From NCBI GenBank assembly GCA_964389725.1, contig CAYMDV010000004.1, positions 100,145 to 164,144 on the forward strand: a stretch of 64,000 bases of DNA, in the 5' to 3' direction. This document shows positions 18,101 through 27,035 of this stretch, piece by piece. Source of the DNA: an uncultured Anaerolineaceae bacterium (lineage in GTDB: Bacteria; Chloroflexota; Dehalococcoidia; Tepidiformales; Tepidiformaceae). The notes below the pieces were generated by a model. That model was given only the letters and a program-made list of their open reading frames with translations. It was not told the DNA's origin and did no database searches. The position numbers and the translations under genes were made by a program. Within the stretch, counting starts at the first letter, position 1. Each line of letters opens with the position of its first letter.

Positions 18101-20536
18101 TCAGTTCGCCTCGGTGGCCGTCTCCAGGAAGGGCTTGGCCGCGATCGCGACGCCCCGGTGCTCCGGCTTCTGCAGCAGCGGATCCCGCGCGAGGATGCGG
18201 CGCGCCAGCTCCCGCGCGTCCGTGAGCAGGTCCCGGTCCGTCACCCGCGCCACGCGCAGCATCCCGTTGCCGCCGCTCTGGGCCATGCCCCAGGCCTCGC
18301 CTTCCCCCCGCATCTCCAGGTCCACCTCCGCCAGCTCGAAGCCATCGGTTGTGCGTTCCATCGCCCGCAGGCGGTTCTGGGCCTCGGGGCCGGGCTCCTC
18401 GTCGCTGCTGAAGAGCAGGCAGTAGCCCTGCCGGTGGGAGCGCCCCACCCGCCCCCGGAACTGGTGCAGCTGGCTCAACCCGAAGCGTTCCGCCCCCTCG
18501 ATCACGATCGTGGTCGCGTTGGGCACGTCGATCCCTACCTCCACCACGCTCGTCGAGACCAGCACCTGTGTCTCGCCCGCCTCGAAGCGCGTCATCACCT
18601 CGTCCTTCTGGCGGCCGCGCATGCGTCCGTGCAGCAGGTCGAGCCGGTAGGCAGCGAGCGGCCCGCTCCGCAGCCGTGCGAACTCCTCCTCCGCCGAGCG
18701 CACATCGAGCGCCTCCGATTCGTCCACGAGCGGGCAGATCACGAACGCCTGCTCTCCCGCGTCCAGCCGCTCCTGAAGGAAGTCGTACGCCTCCTCTCGC
18801 TCCTGCGGCTCGACCCACGTGGTCGTGACCGGCAGCCGCCCGGGGGGAAGCTCGTCGATCGTCGAGACCTCCAGGTCGCCGTACGCCGTCAGCGCGAGCG
18901 TGCGGGGGATGGGCGTCGCCGTCATCACGAGCAGGTGGGGGTTGGCGCCCTTCTGGCGCAGCCGCGCACGCTGGTCGACCCCAAAGCGGTGCTGCTCGTC
19001 GACGACGGCGAGCGCGAGGCGCGGCAACTCCACCCCCTCCTCGATGATGGCGTGCGTGCCGATCACGAGGTCGGCGCCGCCGTGCGCGGCCGCGTCGCGC
19101 ACGCGCTGCTTCTCCGCCGCCGTTCGCGATCCCGTCAGGAGCGCGACCCGCAGCGGCCGCCCCCCGAGCCACTCAGGCGCGAACATCCCCTCGAAGGCGG
19201 ACTCCCCGCCGCCGAGCAGGTTCATCAGCGAGCGGTAGTGCTGCTCCGCGAGGATCTCGGTGGGCGCCATCAGCGCCGCCTGCCTCCCCGCCGCGACGGC
19301 GGCGAGCATGGCCGCGAAGGCCACGACCGTCTTGCCGCTTCCCACCTCGCCCTGCAGCAGCCGCAGCATCGGCACGCGCTTCGCGATGTCGGCCAGGATC
19401 TCGTCGAGCGCACTCCGCTGCGCGCCGGTGAGCGTGAACGGAAGCGACCCCAGGTACCCCTCGAGCTGGGCGCTGAAGTCGAGCTCGGGGGCCTGCTGGT
19501 CGAGCTGCCACGCCGCCCGCCGCTGGAGCACCGCCGCCTGGATCGCGAGGAACTCCCCGAGCGCGAGCCGCTTGCGGGCGTGCTCGGCCTCCCCCGGCGC
19601 CTCCGGCTCGTGGAATGCGCGCACGCAGTCGCCGTACGGCTCCAGCCCCTCCGCCTTCGCCAGCCACCCCGGCACCGGGTCGGGCAGCCGCCCGGCGAGC
19701 TGCTCCACCGCGAACGCGACCGCCTTCCGGATCGTTCGCTGCCCCAGCCCCTGCGTCCCCGGGTAGATCGGCAGCAGCTTCCCCGGGCGCATCACCTCCG
19801 AGTCGAACGGCTCGTACTCGGGCGGGTTGGCCATCTGCAGCCGGCCCCGGTACACGGTCACCGTTCCGGAGACTGCCAGCTCCTCGCCTTCCTTCAGTCC
19901 CCGGTGCACCCACGGCATGTTGAACCAGACGATCCGGAGCGACCCCGAGCCATCGTTGATGACCGCCTCGCTGCCCCGCACCCGCCGCCCGTAGCGCATC
20001 TGCCCGGACTTCAGGATCGTGCCGACCACGGTCTTGGGGAGCCCGTCCGGTTCAAGGTCGGAGATTCGGCGCACATCGGTGAAGTCGCGGAAGCGGCGGG
20101 GGAAGAAGAGCGCCGCGTCTCCGGCGGTCGTCACGCCCAGCTTCTCGAAGCGCTCCGCGGCGTTCTTCCCGATGCCGGGCAGGCGGGTCACGGGGTCGCC
20201 GGGCTCGAGGGGGCGCTTCGAGGCGCTCGCCGCCCGCCTCGGGGCAGGCTCCTCCCCGCCCCCCGGTCCGGTCGCGATGATCGCTCCTTCGAGCCATCGG
20301 CGGCGTCCCTCGGGGTTGAGCCCGCGGTAGCCCTTGCCCCGCTGCAGGCCCCGGATCCGTTCGTACAGCGGATGGCCCCTCGCGACCACGCCGTCCTCGA
20401 TCAGCCGGATGAGCAACGCGTCGATGCCGCCCGGAATCTCGCCCGCCGCCGAGCCGTCCTCAAGCTCGCGCCGGAAGAGGTCGCGCAGTCGGGAGAGCTC
20501 GGAGTCGGCCGATTGCGTCGAAGGGCCTGCCGTCAA
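18101..20536 (-). CDS. recG: ATP-dependent DNA helicase RecG
   Basis: 811-aa ORF. Wedge/OB region, helicase motifs LLQGEVGSGKT, DEQHRFGV, MTATPIPRT, QLHQFRGRVGRS. Has a ~110-aa N-terminal extension. 4-nt overlap with the upstream degV. Confidence 0.95.
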   Translation of the reverse strand: MTAGPSTQSADSELSRLRDLFRRELEDGSAAGEIPGGIDALLIRLIEDGVVARGHPLYERIRGLQRGKGYRGLNPEGRRRWLEGAIIATGPGGGEEPAPRRAASASKRPLEPGDPVTRLPGIGKNAAERFEKLGVTTAGDAALFFPRRFRDFTDVRRISDLEPDGLPKTVVGTILKSGQMRYGRRVRGSEAVINDGSGSLRIVWFNMPWVHRGLKEGEELAVSGTVTVYRGRLQMANPPEYEPFDSEVMRPGKLLPIYPGTQGLGQRTIRKAVAFAVEQLAGRLPDPVPGWLAKAEGLEPYGDCVRAFHEPEAPGEAEHARKRLALGEFLAIQAAVLQRRAAWQLDQQAPELDFSAQLEGYLGSLPFTLTGAQRSALDEILADIAKRVPMLRLLQGEVGSGKTVVAFAAMLAAVAAGRQAALMAPTEILAEQHYRSLMNLLGGGESAFEGMFAPEWLGGRPLRVALLTGSRTAAEKQRVRDAAAHGGADLVIGTHAIIEEGVELPRLALAVVDEQHRFGVDQRARLRQKGANPHLLVMTATPIPRTLALTAYGDLEVSTIDELPPGRLPVTTTWVEPQEREEAYDFLQERLDAGEQAFVICPLVDESEALDVRSAEEEFARLRSGPLAAYRLDLLHGRMRGRQKDEVMTRFEAGETQVLVSTSVVEVGIDVPNATTIVIEGAERFGLSQLHQFRGRVGRSHRQGYCLLFSSDEEPGPEAQNRLRAMERTTDGFELAEVDLEMRGEGEAWGMAQSGGNGMLRVARVTDRDLLTDARELARRILARDPLLQKPEHRGVAIAAKPFLETATEAN

Positions 20537-21381
20537 GCCGGCGGGCTCCGCCGCACCGTGCAGATGCCGAGGGCGTTCGGCCCGAGGTAGGCGCCCACCG
20601 TCGGCCCCGTCTGGATAACCTCGATGCGGGTGTGGGGCAGGTGCGGAGACACGTCGTCGATCAGCTTTCGCGCACTGGCGTCGTCCGTCGAGTAGATGAC
20701 GAACAGCTTCTCCAGCGTCTTGTCCTCCAGCACGACCTCCTCGATGCGCTTCACCGCCTTCGAGCGGGTCCGTACGCGGTCGAAGGGCGCTACCTCGCCG
20801 CCGTCGATGTGGATGATTGGCTTGATTCGCAGCGCGGTCCCGAGGAAGGCGTTCGCCCGCCCGATACGCCCGCCCTTCTGCAGGTACTCCAGCGTATCGA
20901 GCGTGACGAACACGTGGCTCCGATCCATCACGCTGCGCGCCGCCGCCGTCACGTCCTCCAGCGGCGCCCCCTCGCGCGCCTGCTCGGCCGCCGCCTCCAC
21001 GACCGCGCGCAGTCCCACGCCCGCCGTGTACGAATCCAGCAGCTCGACGCGCGTTTCCAGTTCGCTCGTCTCGCTCGCGATGGAGGCCGAGTTGAGTGTC
21101 CCGGAGAGCTTCGAGGAGACGTGGATCGAGGCGATGTCGTTCCCCTCCGCCGCGACCTCGCGGTAGACCGTCGCGAACGCCTCAACGCTCGGCTGGCTCG
21201 TCTTGGGGAACTCGCGGGCGCTCATCAGCCGCTCGTAGAACTCCGAGGGCGTGATGTCGACGCGGTCGCGGTAGACGTCGTCGCCGAAGGCCACGAGCGC
21301 CGGGACCACCCGCACGCCGAGCTCCGCGGCCTCGTCGGGACTGATGTCGCTGGTTGAATCGGTGACTACCTGTACAGCCAT
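20533..21381 (-). CDS. DegV family fatty-acid-binding protein
   Basis: In-frame ATG at 21381 within track ORF 20533..21612: MAVQVVTDSTSDISPDEAAELGVRVVP...TSQPS...SSKLSGT...LQKGGRIG. Confidence 0.92.
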   Translation of the reverse strand: MAVQVVTDSTSDISPDEAAELGVRVVPALVAFGDDVYRDRVDITPSEFYERLMSAREFPKTSQPSVEAFATVYREVAAEGNDIASIHVSSKLSGTLNSASIASETSELETRVELLDSYTAGVGLRAVVEAAAEQAREGAPLEDVTAAARSVMDRSHVFVTLDTLEYLQKGGRIGRANAFLGTALRIKPIIHIDGGEVAPFDRVRTRSKAVKRIEEVVLEDKTLEKLFVIYSTDDASARKLIDDVSPHLPHTRIEVIQTGPTVGAYLGPNALGICTVRRSPPA

Positions 21382-21462
21382 GGGAACCCACCCTTGATAC
21401 TGCGCATGAGTATAAGCGGAAGCGTCCTGCCACCGGCGCCCGCGAACCAATAGAATCGCCCC

Positions 21463-22128
21463 ATGCGCACCGTGCAGCTGGCCCCCTCCATCCTCACGGC
21501 GGACTTCGGGCGGCTCGCGGAGGAGGTGCGGGCGGCCGAGGAAGGCGGCGCGGACCTCCTCCACCTGGATGTGATGGACGGGCGCTTCGTGCCCAACATC
21601 ACCTTCGGGCACGCGCTGGTGGAGGCGTTGCGGAAGGAGACCTCACTCCCGTTCGATATCCACCTGATGGTGGTCGAACCGGAGCGACAGGTCGGGTTCT
21701 ACACCGAGGCGGCGGCGACGGTGAACGTGCACATCGAGGCGACCAGCCACATCAACCGCGTGCTGGACTCAATCCGGAAGGGTGGCGCGGAGGCGGGGGT
21801 CTGCATCAACCCGGGTACTTCGTTGGCGGCCATCGAGGAGTCCCTCCCCGAGGTCGACCAGGTCATGGTCATGACCATCAACCCCGGCTGGGGCGGCCAG
21901 ACCCTGATTCCGGCGCAGCTCGAGAAGGTGGCCCGCCTGCGGTCCCTGCTCGACGAAGGCGGGCATCGCGCGCGCATCGAGATCGACGGCGGCGTGAAGG
22001 TCGAGAACGCGGCGACCTGCGCGGCGGCGGGCGCCGACGTGCTCGTCTGCGGGAGCAGCGTCTACAACGACCGGTCGAGCGTGGGCGAGAACCTGGCGTC
22101 GCTACGTGCGGCGCTGGCGGGAAGCTAA
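21463..22128 (+). CDS. rpe: ribulose-phosphate 3-epimerase
   Basis: LAPSILTADFGRLAEEV...LHLDVMDGRFVPNITFG...MTINPGWGGQ...IEIDGGV. Confidence 0.95.
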   Translation: MRTVQLAPSILTADFGRLAEEVRAAEEGGADLLHLDVMDGRFVPNITFGHALVEALRKETSLPFDIHLMVVEPERQVGFYTEAAATVNVHIEATSHINRVLDSIRKGGAEAGVCINPGTSLAAIEESLPEVDQVMVMTINPGWGGQTLIPAQLEKVARLRSLLDEGGHRARIEIDGGVKVENAATCAAAGADVLVCGSSVYNDRSSVGENLASLRAALAGS

Positions 22129-22337
22129 GCGCTCTTGGAGAGCGTACGGAGACAGCGCGTGCAGATATTCAGCCGCTTCCAGGCGCCGTCGATGAAGACC
22201 CGCTGCTTGTTGATGTTCGGCTTGAGCTGGCGCGGCTTCGAGGGCGCCTTGCGCTCCCACCGGCCACCGTGGCGGTGGCGGATGTGGCGACCGAAGGTGG
22301 TCTTCTTTGGGCAAAGGTCGCAGGCTCCGCTGGCCAT
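22125..22337 (-). CDS. rpmB: 50S ribosomal protein L28
   Basis: The last 70 codons of track ORF 22125..23591 start at ATG 22337: MASGACDLCPKKTTFGRHIRHRHGGRWERKAPSKPRQLKPNINKQRVFIDGAWKRLNICTRCLRT. This is an L28 pattern. The upstream 418 codons of that track ORF are an antisense shadow of yloV. Confidence 0.85.
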   Translation of the reverse strand: MASGACDLCPKKTTFGRHIRHRHGGRWERKAPSKPRQLKPNINKQRVFIDGAWKRLNICTRCLRTLSKSA

Positions 22338-22421
22338 GGATGCCACTCCCCTGAAAGGCTGGAGAACGATGCTAGCACCGGTTTGCGCTAGCAGCCATCC
22401 TGTTCCCCCGGAGGAACGCCC

Positions 22422-24017
22422 ATGACCGCCGAGACCCTTTCCGGAACCGAGCTTCGCGCCGCCATCACCGCCGCCGCCGACTACCTGACCGACTCGGCGA
22501 AGGCCGTCGACGCCATCAACGTCTACCCCGTCCCCGACGGAGACACGGGTTCGAACATGGCCGCCACCCTGCGCGAGGCCTGCGACCACATGCTCGCCCT
22601 CGAGGAGCCCCTGGCCGCCGGCCAGGTACTCGCCACGTTCGCGCGCGGAGCCCTCTACGGGGGTCGCGGGAACTCCGGCGTGATCCTGTCCCAGTCCCTG
22701 CTGGGCCTGGCGAAGGCCGTCGGCGAGGTCGACGTGCTTGGTGGCGATGCACTTGCCCGCGGCCTCCGCGGCGCCGCCGATGCCGCCTACACCGCCGTCT
22801 CCGAGCCGGTCGAGGGCACCATGCTCACGGTCCTGCGGGAAGGGGCCGGCGGGGCCGAGGCCCACGCCTCCGAGGGCGTGCTGGCCGTCCTCGCGGGCGC
22901 GCTCGCCGAGGCCGAGCGCGCCGAGGCGGAGACCATCGACCAGCTCCCCGCCCTCCGCGAGGCGGGCGTCACCGACGCCGGTGGCGAGGGCATCTGCGTC
23001 ATCCTGCGGGGGCTCGTGGCTGCGTTGCGGGGCGAGCTGCCCCCGCCTGTCGCCATCCCCGACAAGCCCCTCGCCATGCTTCCCGGCCACATCGACGACG
23101 GCTTCGGCTACTGCACCGAGTTCGTCCTCGTCGGCAGCGAGCGCGAGGTCGATGTCGACGGCCTGCGCCGTCACACCGAGGGTGACGCCTACGGCTCCGT
23201 CGTCATCGTCGGCGATGAGCAGGCCCTGCGCGTCCACGTCCACACCAACGAGCCCGAGCGACTCCTCGAGGAGGCCGGCGCCTTCGGCGAGCTCACCCGC
23301 CCCAAGTTCGAGGACATGAGCGCCCAGCATGCGCGCTTCCGGGAGGAGGGGAGCGGCGCCGGCCTCAAGGTGGGATTGCTCGCGCTCAGCAGCAGCGAGG
23401 GCTTCGACGAGGTCTTCCAGAGCCTCGGCGCGACGACCTTCCGGCTGGAGGCCATCGTCAAGCCTGCCGCCGGCGACATCGCGCAGGCGGCGGACGCCCT
23501 CGGCCCCGCCGACGTCATCGTCCTCGCCAACCACAAGAACGCCATCCCCGCCGCCGAGCAGGCCGTCGACCTCGCCCGCTGCACCCTGCACGTCGCCCCC
23601 TCGATCTCGCTCGCGCAGGGCGCCGCCGCCGCCATCGCCTTCAACGCCCAGTCGACCGCCCCCGAGAACGCCGAAGCCCTCGCCGAAGCCCTTGAAGCCA
23701 CCCGCACCGTCGAGGTCACCCGCGCCGCCGCCGACCGCACCGCCGACGGCGTCGACGTGCAGGAGGGCCAGGCCATCACCCTCGTCGACGGGACACTCAT
23801 CGGTGGCGGCGACGACCCCGTCGAGGGTCTCCTCGCCGGCCTCGCCCAGGCCGGCGCCGCCGAGGCCGCCATCGTCACCGTCTACACCGGCGCCGACTAC
23901 ACCGGCCCGGAGGACGCCCTCACCGAACGCATCGAAGCCGCCTTCGACGGCATCGAGGTGGAGGTACTGGAAGGCGGCCAGCCCCTCTACGAACTGGTCG
24001 CCGCGGTCGAGGAGTAG
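22422..24017 (+). CDS. yloV: DAK2 domain-containing protein (YloV family)
   Basis: 531-aa ORF; INVYPVPDGDTGSNM...GGRGNSGVILSQ (Dak2 phosphatase-domain motifs). C-terminal DegV-like half. Neighbourhood is rpmB/recG, as in many Terrabacteria. Confidence 0.9.
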   Translation: MTAETLSGTELRAAITAAADYLTDSAKAVDAINVYPVPDGDTGSNMAATLREACDHMLALEEPLAAGQVLATFARGALYGGRGNSGVILSQSLLGLAKAVGEVDVLGGDALARGLRGAADAAYTAVSEPVEGTMLTVLREGAGGAEAHASEGVLAVLAGALAEAERAEAETIDQLPALREAGVTDAGGEGICVILRGLVAALRGELPPPVAIPDKPLAMLPGHIDDGFGYCTEFVLVGSEREVDVDGLRRHTEGDAYGSVVIVGDEQALRVHVHTNEPERLLEEAGAFGELTRPKFEDMSAQHARFREEGSGAGLKVGLLALSSSEGFDEVFQSLGATTFRLEAIVKPAAGDIAQAADALGPADVIVLANHKNAIPAAEQAVDLARCTLHVAPSISLAQGAAAAIAFNAQSTAPENAEALAEALEATRTVEVTRAAADRTADGVDVQEGQAITLVDGTLIGGGDDPVEGLLAGLAQAGAAEAAIVTVYTGADYTGPEDALTERIEAAFDGIEVEVLEGGQPLYELVAAVEE

Positions 24018-24020
24018 CGC

Positions 24021-24365
24021 CTAGCGGCGTTCCTTGATGCGCGCGGCGCGACCCGTCAGGCCGCGCAGGTAGGAGAGGTTCTTGCGACGCACCTTGCCCC
24101 GGCGCACGACCTCGATCTTGTCGAGGCGGGGGCTGTACAGCGGGAACGTGCGCTCCACGCCGACACCGCTGGCGATCTTGCGCACGGTGAAGTTCGAGGA
24201 GAGGCCCTTGCGGCGGTTGCGAATAACGACGCCTTCGAAGACCTGGATACGTTCCTTGTTGCCCTCGACGACCTTCGCGTGGACGCGCACGGTGTCGCCG
24301 CTGCCGAAGTCGGGCAGGTCGTCCCGCGGTGTGGTGTCGGTCAGGGCATCGAGTTCGTACGACAT
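24021..24365 (-). CDS. rplS: 50S ribosomal protein L19
   Basis: 114-aa ORF; [67 protein letters not shown]. Confidence 0.96.
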   Translation of the reverse strand: MSYELDALTDTTPRDDLPDFGSGDTVRVHAKVVEGNKERIQVFEGVVIRNRRKGLSSNFTVRKIASGVGVERTFPLYSPRLDKIEVVRRGKVRRKNLSYLRGLTGRAARIKERR

Positions 24366-24450
24366 GGCGGCGTCCCTGTAGGAAGGCGTGAGCCCATACC
24401 GTAGGACACCCGTCGCCTATGGCCAACGCCCGGCGTCCAGGCCCTTTGTC

Positions 24451-24909
24451 TCACTCGTGAAGCTCGATACGCAGGTCCAGCAGGCGCTCTTGGAGCGCAC
24501 CCCAGGTTGGCTGGGAACGAAGCAGTGCGTAGAGCCGCCTGACGATCGAGCGTTCCTCTTCCGTGATTGTGACGCCAGTCTCTAGGCGGAGGCGTTGCAC
24601 GTCTCCAATAAGAGGCTGGATGCACTCGTTCCCGTCTACCTCACCGCGTAGGTGGCCAGACACACACTCCTGCAAGTCGGAAAGGGCTGCGTCCAATAGC
24701 TCGGTCGCGTCAGCCGGCGTAGGAACGGCCGATCGAGGAATGATGGGCGTGCCGGATGGGCGTGGTGCTGTTCCTGCTGACTGTGGTGATAGTGTTGCCG
24801 GCGCGTCATCGCCCTGTGAGCCCAGCACCGCCAGGATTATCCCGACCACGACGACGATGCCGATGAGTCCGGCGACGAGGAAGCCCACTACTTTCGCGAG
24901 TGTCTTCAA
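24451..24909 (-). CDS. hypothetical membrane-anchored protein
   Basis: 152-aa ORF. N-terminal hydrophobic helix (VVGFLVAGLIGIVVVVGIILAVL), a Pro/Ser/Thr-rich linker, and a ~80-aa C-terminal domain with 2 Cys. No family recognised. The region is visibly more A/T-rich than its neighbours. Confidence 0.55.
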   Translation of the reverse strand: MKTLAKVVGFLVAGLIGIVVVVGIILAVLGSQGDDAPATLSPQSAGTAPRPSGTPIIPRSAVPTPADATELLDAALSDLQECVSGHLRGEVDGNECIQPLIGDVQRLRLETGVTITEEERSIVRRLYALLRSQPTWGALQERLLDLRIELHE

Positions 24910-25012
24910 GGCACGAGCCCCCGCGCGGACTGGCAGAGCGCGGCTTGCCGAGTATCCACGGGCCGCGATCGTACCGCGAACGCCCCACGATAGAAGCCCT
25001 CAACGGCCGGTG

Positions 25013-25444
25013 TCAGCGGCCCGTGCTCCCGTGCCCGCCCGACCCGCGCCCCGTCTCCGGGAGCTCCTCGCGGAGACCGAATGTGACGTCCGCCAGCCGC
25101 CCGATGACGAGCTGCGCGATGCGGTCGCCGTCCTCGACCACGTAGCTGATCTCGGGCGAGGTCGTGTAGAGCGTGACGAACACCTCCCCACGGTAGTCAG
25201 CGTCGAGGGTGCCGAACGTGCTGATGACGCCCTTGCCGGCAAGACCGCTCCGGCCCCGAACCTGTGCGTCGAGGCCGGGCGGTACTGCGAACGCCAGCCC
25301 CGTGGGGATGCGCACGGGCCGGTCCCCCACCCGCACGGGGCCGTCGGGGAGGCAGGCGTGGAGGTCGTAGCCGGAGGCGTGCTCGCTCGCCTTCTCGGGC
25401 AAGCGGGCGCCCTCGCCCAGCAACTTGACCCCGATCTCGTCCAT
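25013..25444 (-). CDS. dut: dUTP diphosphatase
   Basis: In-frame ATG at 25444 within track ORF 25013..25984: MDEIGVKLLGEGARLPEKASEHASGYDLHA...RGRSGLAGKG...GTLDADYRGEV...DRIAQLV...GGHGSTG. All five dUTPase motifs are recognisable. Confidence 0.93.
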   Translation of the reverse strand: MDEIGVKLLGEGARLPEKASEHASGYDLHACLPDGPVRVGDRPVRIPTGLAFAVPPGLDAQVRGRSGLAGKGVISTFGTLDADYRGEVFVTLYTTSPEISYVVEDGDRIAQLVIGRLADVTFGLREELPETGRGSGGHGSTGR

Positions 25445-25452
25445 CGCGGGGC

Positions 25453-26202
25453 TCAGCGGAAGAGGTCGCGCTCGGCCTCGCGGATGATGTCCGTCATCGA
25501 GGCCGTGTCGTCGGGCTCCCAGGGGTAGCCGCGGATGAGGGCGACGGGCACGCGGCTCAGGTTGCCCTTCACCAGCTCGCCCGCGCTGGCCAGCTCGTCC
25601 GCCCGGCAGACCGCCTGCACGAGGAATTCGTGCCCGTGGGGGTCGTGCTCGCCGATGTAACTGATGACGGGGTTGATCCCGGCGATGCCGATGGCCACGT
25701 CCACCTGCGCCTCCCGCCACGGCCGCCCGAACGTATCGGAGATGATGACCGCCACGTCGTGCCCCAGCTCGCGGAATCGTGCCCGCAGGCCGCGTGCGCT
25801 CGCGTCCGGGTCGACGGGCAGCAGGACGATCCGCCCCTTCGCTCCCGAGCTCGACTGGTCGACCCCGCTGTTCGCGCACACGAAGCCGTGCCGGGTCTCG
25901 GTGATGAGCACGGGGCCGACCTGGCGCACGACGCGCTTCGCCTCCCGCAACACCATCTCGACGACTCCTGGCTCCTTCTCCCACGTCTCCGCGAACTGGC
26001 GGGCGAAGGGCGAGGGTTCGACGGTGTCGAGATCGACCGCGCGCCCCTCGGACTTGGACACGATCTTGGAGGTGACGATGACAACGTCGCCGTCGGCGAG
26101 TGGTTCGCCGCCGGACGCGGCGGACTCGACGATCATCGCGGCGAGGTCGTCGCCCTCGGCGATCTCGGGAAGGCCTTCGACGGCGATAACGGAGACGGCC
26201 AC
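25453..26202 (-). CDS. cofE: coenzyme F420-0:L-glutamate ligase
   Basis: 249-aa ORF; VVIVTSKIVSKSEGR...ITETRHGFVCANSGVDQSS...ISDTFGRPWREAQVDVAIG, typical of CofE/FbiB N-terminal domains. Confidence 0.88.
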   Translation of the reverse strand: MAVSVIAVEGLPEIAEGDDLAAMIVESAASGGEPLADGDVVIVTSKIVSKSEGRAVDLDTVEPSPFARQFAETWEKEPGVVEMVLREAKRVVRQVGPVLITETRHGFVCANSGVDQSSSGAKGRIVLLPVDPDASARGLRARFRELGHDVAVIISDTFGRPWREAQVDVAIGIAGINPVISYIGEHDPHGHEFLVQAVCRADELASAGELVKGNLSRVPVALIRGYPWEPDDTASMTDIIREAERDLFR

Positions 26203-26214
26203 GGCGCTTCCCCC

Positions 26215-26865
26215 TTAGACGCCCGCGATGCGGATGCTGGTCTGCGTCTTGTGGACGCGGTTCAGGTTGATCAGGAGCGAGGTCAGCATCTCCACGTAGC
26301 GGCTGTTTGAGAGCGCCCCCCCGTCGACGCCGCGGACGCCGTCGATCTCGTCGGCCAGCCCCAGGAGGACCGCCTTCGCCTCCTTGTCGTCGCCGCAGAC
26401 GAGCACGTCCGCCTCGACGGGCTTGTCGAGCTCCATCAGCTTCTCCGCGCTCATGTTCTGGAAGGCGGAGACGACACGGGCGTTGGGGAGGGCGGCGGCC
26501 GCCTCCTCGGCGGCGCTGTTGCCGTCCACGTCCATGGCCACGGCGCCCTTCCCCCGGACGAACTCAAGGGGCGCGACCACGTCGCAGACGATGGCCCCGT
26601 CGAGCGTGTTGCCGATGGCCTCGAGCGTGGGCGCCTGGCCCCCGTACGGGAACGTCAGGAAGACGACGTCGGCGCCCTCGACGGCGGCGGCGTTCTCGCC
26701 CCCGCTGACGCTGGCGCCGGGCACCGCCTCGGCGACCTTGGCGGCGCCCTCCTCGCCTCGCTCCGTGGAGCGGGAGCCGATGGCGACGTGGTGACCGGAT
26801 GCGGCGAAGCGGATGGCGAGCCCCAGGCCCTCGGGCCCGGTCCCGCCGACGAATGCAAGTTTCAT
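26215..26865 (-). CDS. NADPH-dependent F420 reductase (NpdG-like)
   Basis: [33 protein letters not shown] Rossmann N-terminus. Length and C-terminal pattern match F420-dependent NADP oxidoreductases. Adjacent to cofE. Confidence 0.82.
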   Translation of the reverse strand: MKLAFVGGTGPEGLGLAIRFAASGHHVAIGSRSTERGEEGAAKVAEAVPGASVSGGENAAAVEGADVVFLTFPYGGQAPTLEAIGNTLDGAIVCDVVAPLEFVRGKGAVAMDVDGNSAAEEAAAALPNARVVSAFQNMSAEKLMELDKPVEADVLVCGDDKEAKAVLLGLADEIDGVRGVDGGALSNSRYVEMLTSLLINLNRVHKTQTSIRIAGV

Positions 26866-26966
26866 GGCCTGCGGAGTCTAGCCGAAGTGGCCCGAAGGCA
26901 CGCGCGAGCGCCGGGCAGGGCCGGCCCGGCGCCTTCCGCCAGCCTTACGGGCGAAGCGGGAGCCTC

Positions 26967-26975
26967 TGCTATACT
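26967..26975 (+). promoter_or_regulatory. putative extended -10 promoter element (TGCTATACT) for ftsH
   Basis: TGCTATACT lies ~60 nt upstream of the ftsH TTG start and is immediately followed by the palindrome CTCGA-TTT-TCGAG (26974-26986). It shares the TGCTATA core with the putative nusA promoter. No convincing -35. Confidence 0.35.
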
Positions 26976-27035
26976 CGATTTTCGAGCGCGAACACGCCGC
27001 ATCTGAGCGGCCTCCTTGCCGCCAGGAGACCCCAT

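Noticed and set aside
18158-20590. 810-aa + strand ORF
   Set aside because: Antisense to recG, whose helicase motifs are all present on the minus strand.
22338-23591. Upstream 418 codons of the 488-aa minus-strand ORF 22125..23591
   Set aside because: Only the last 70 codons (L28, from ATG 22337) look real. The rest is antisense to yloV and Gly/Ala/Asp-rich.
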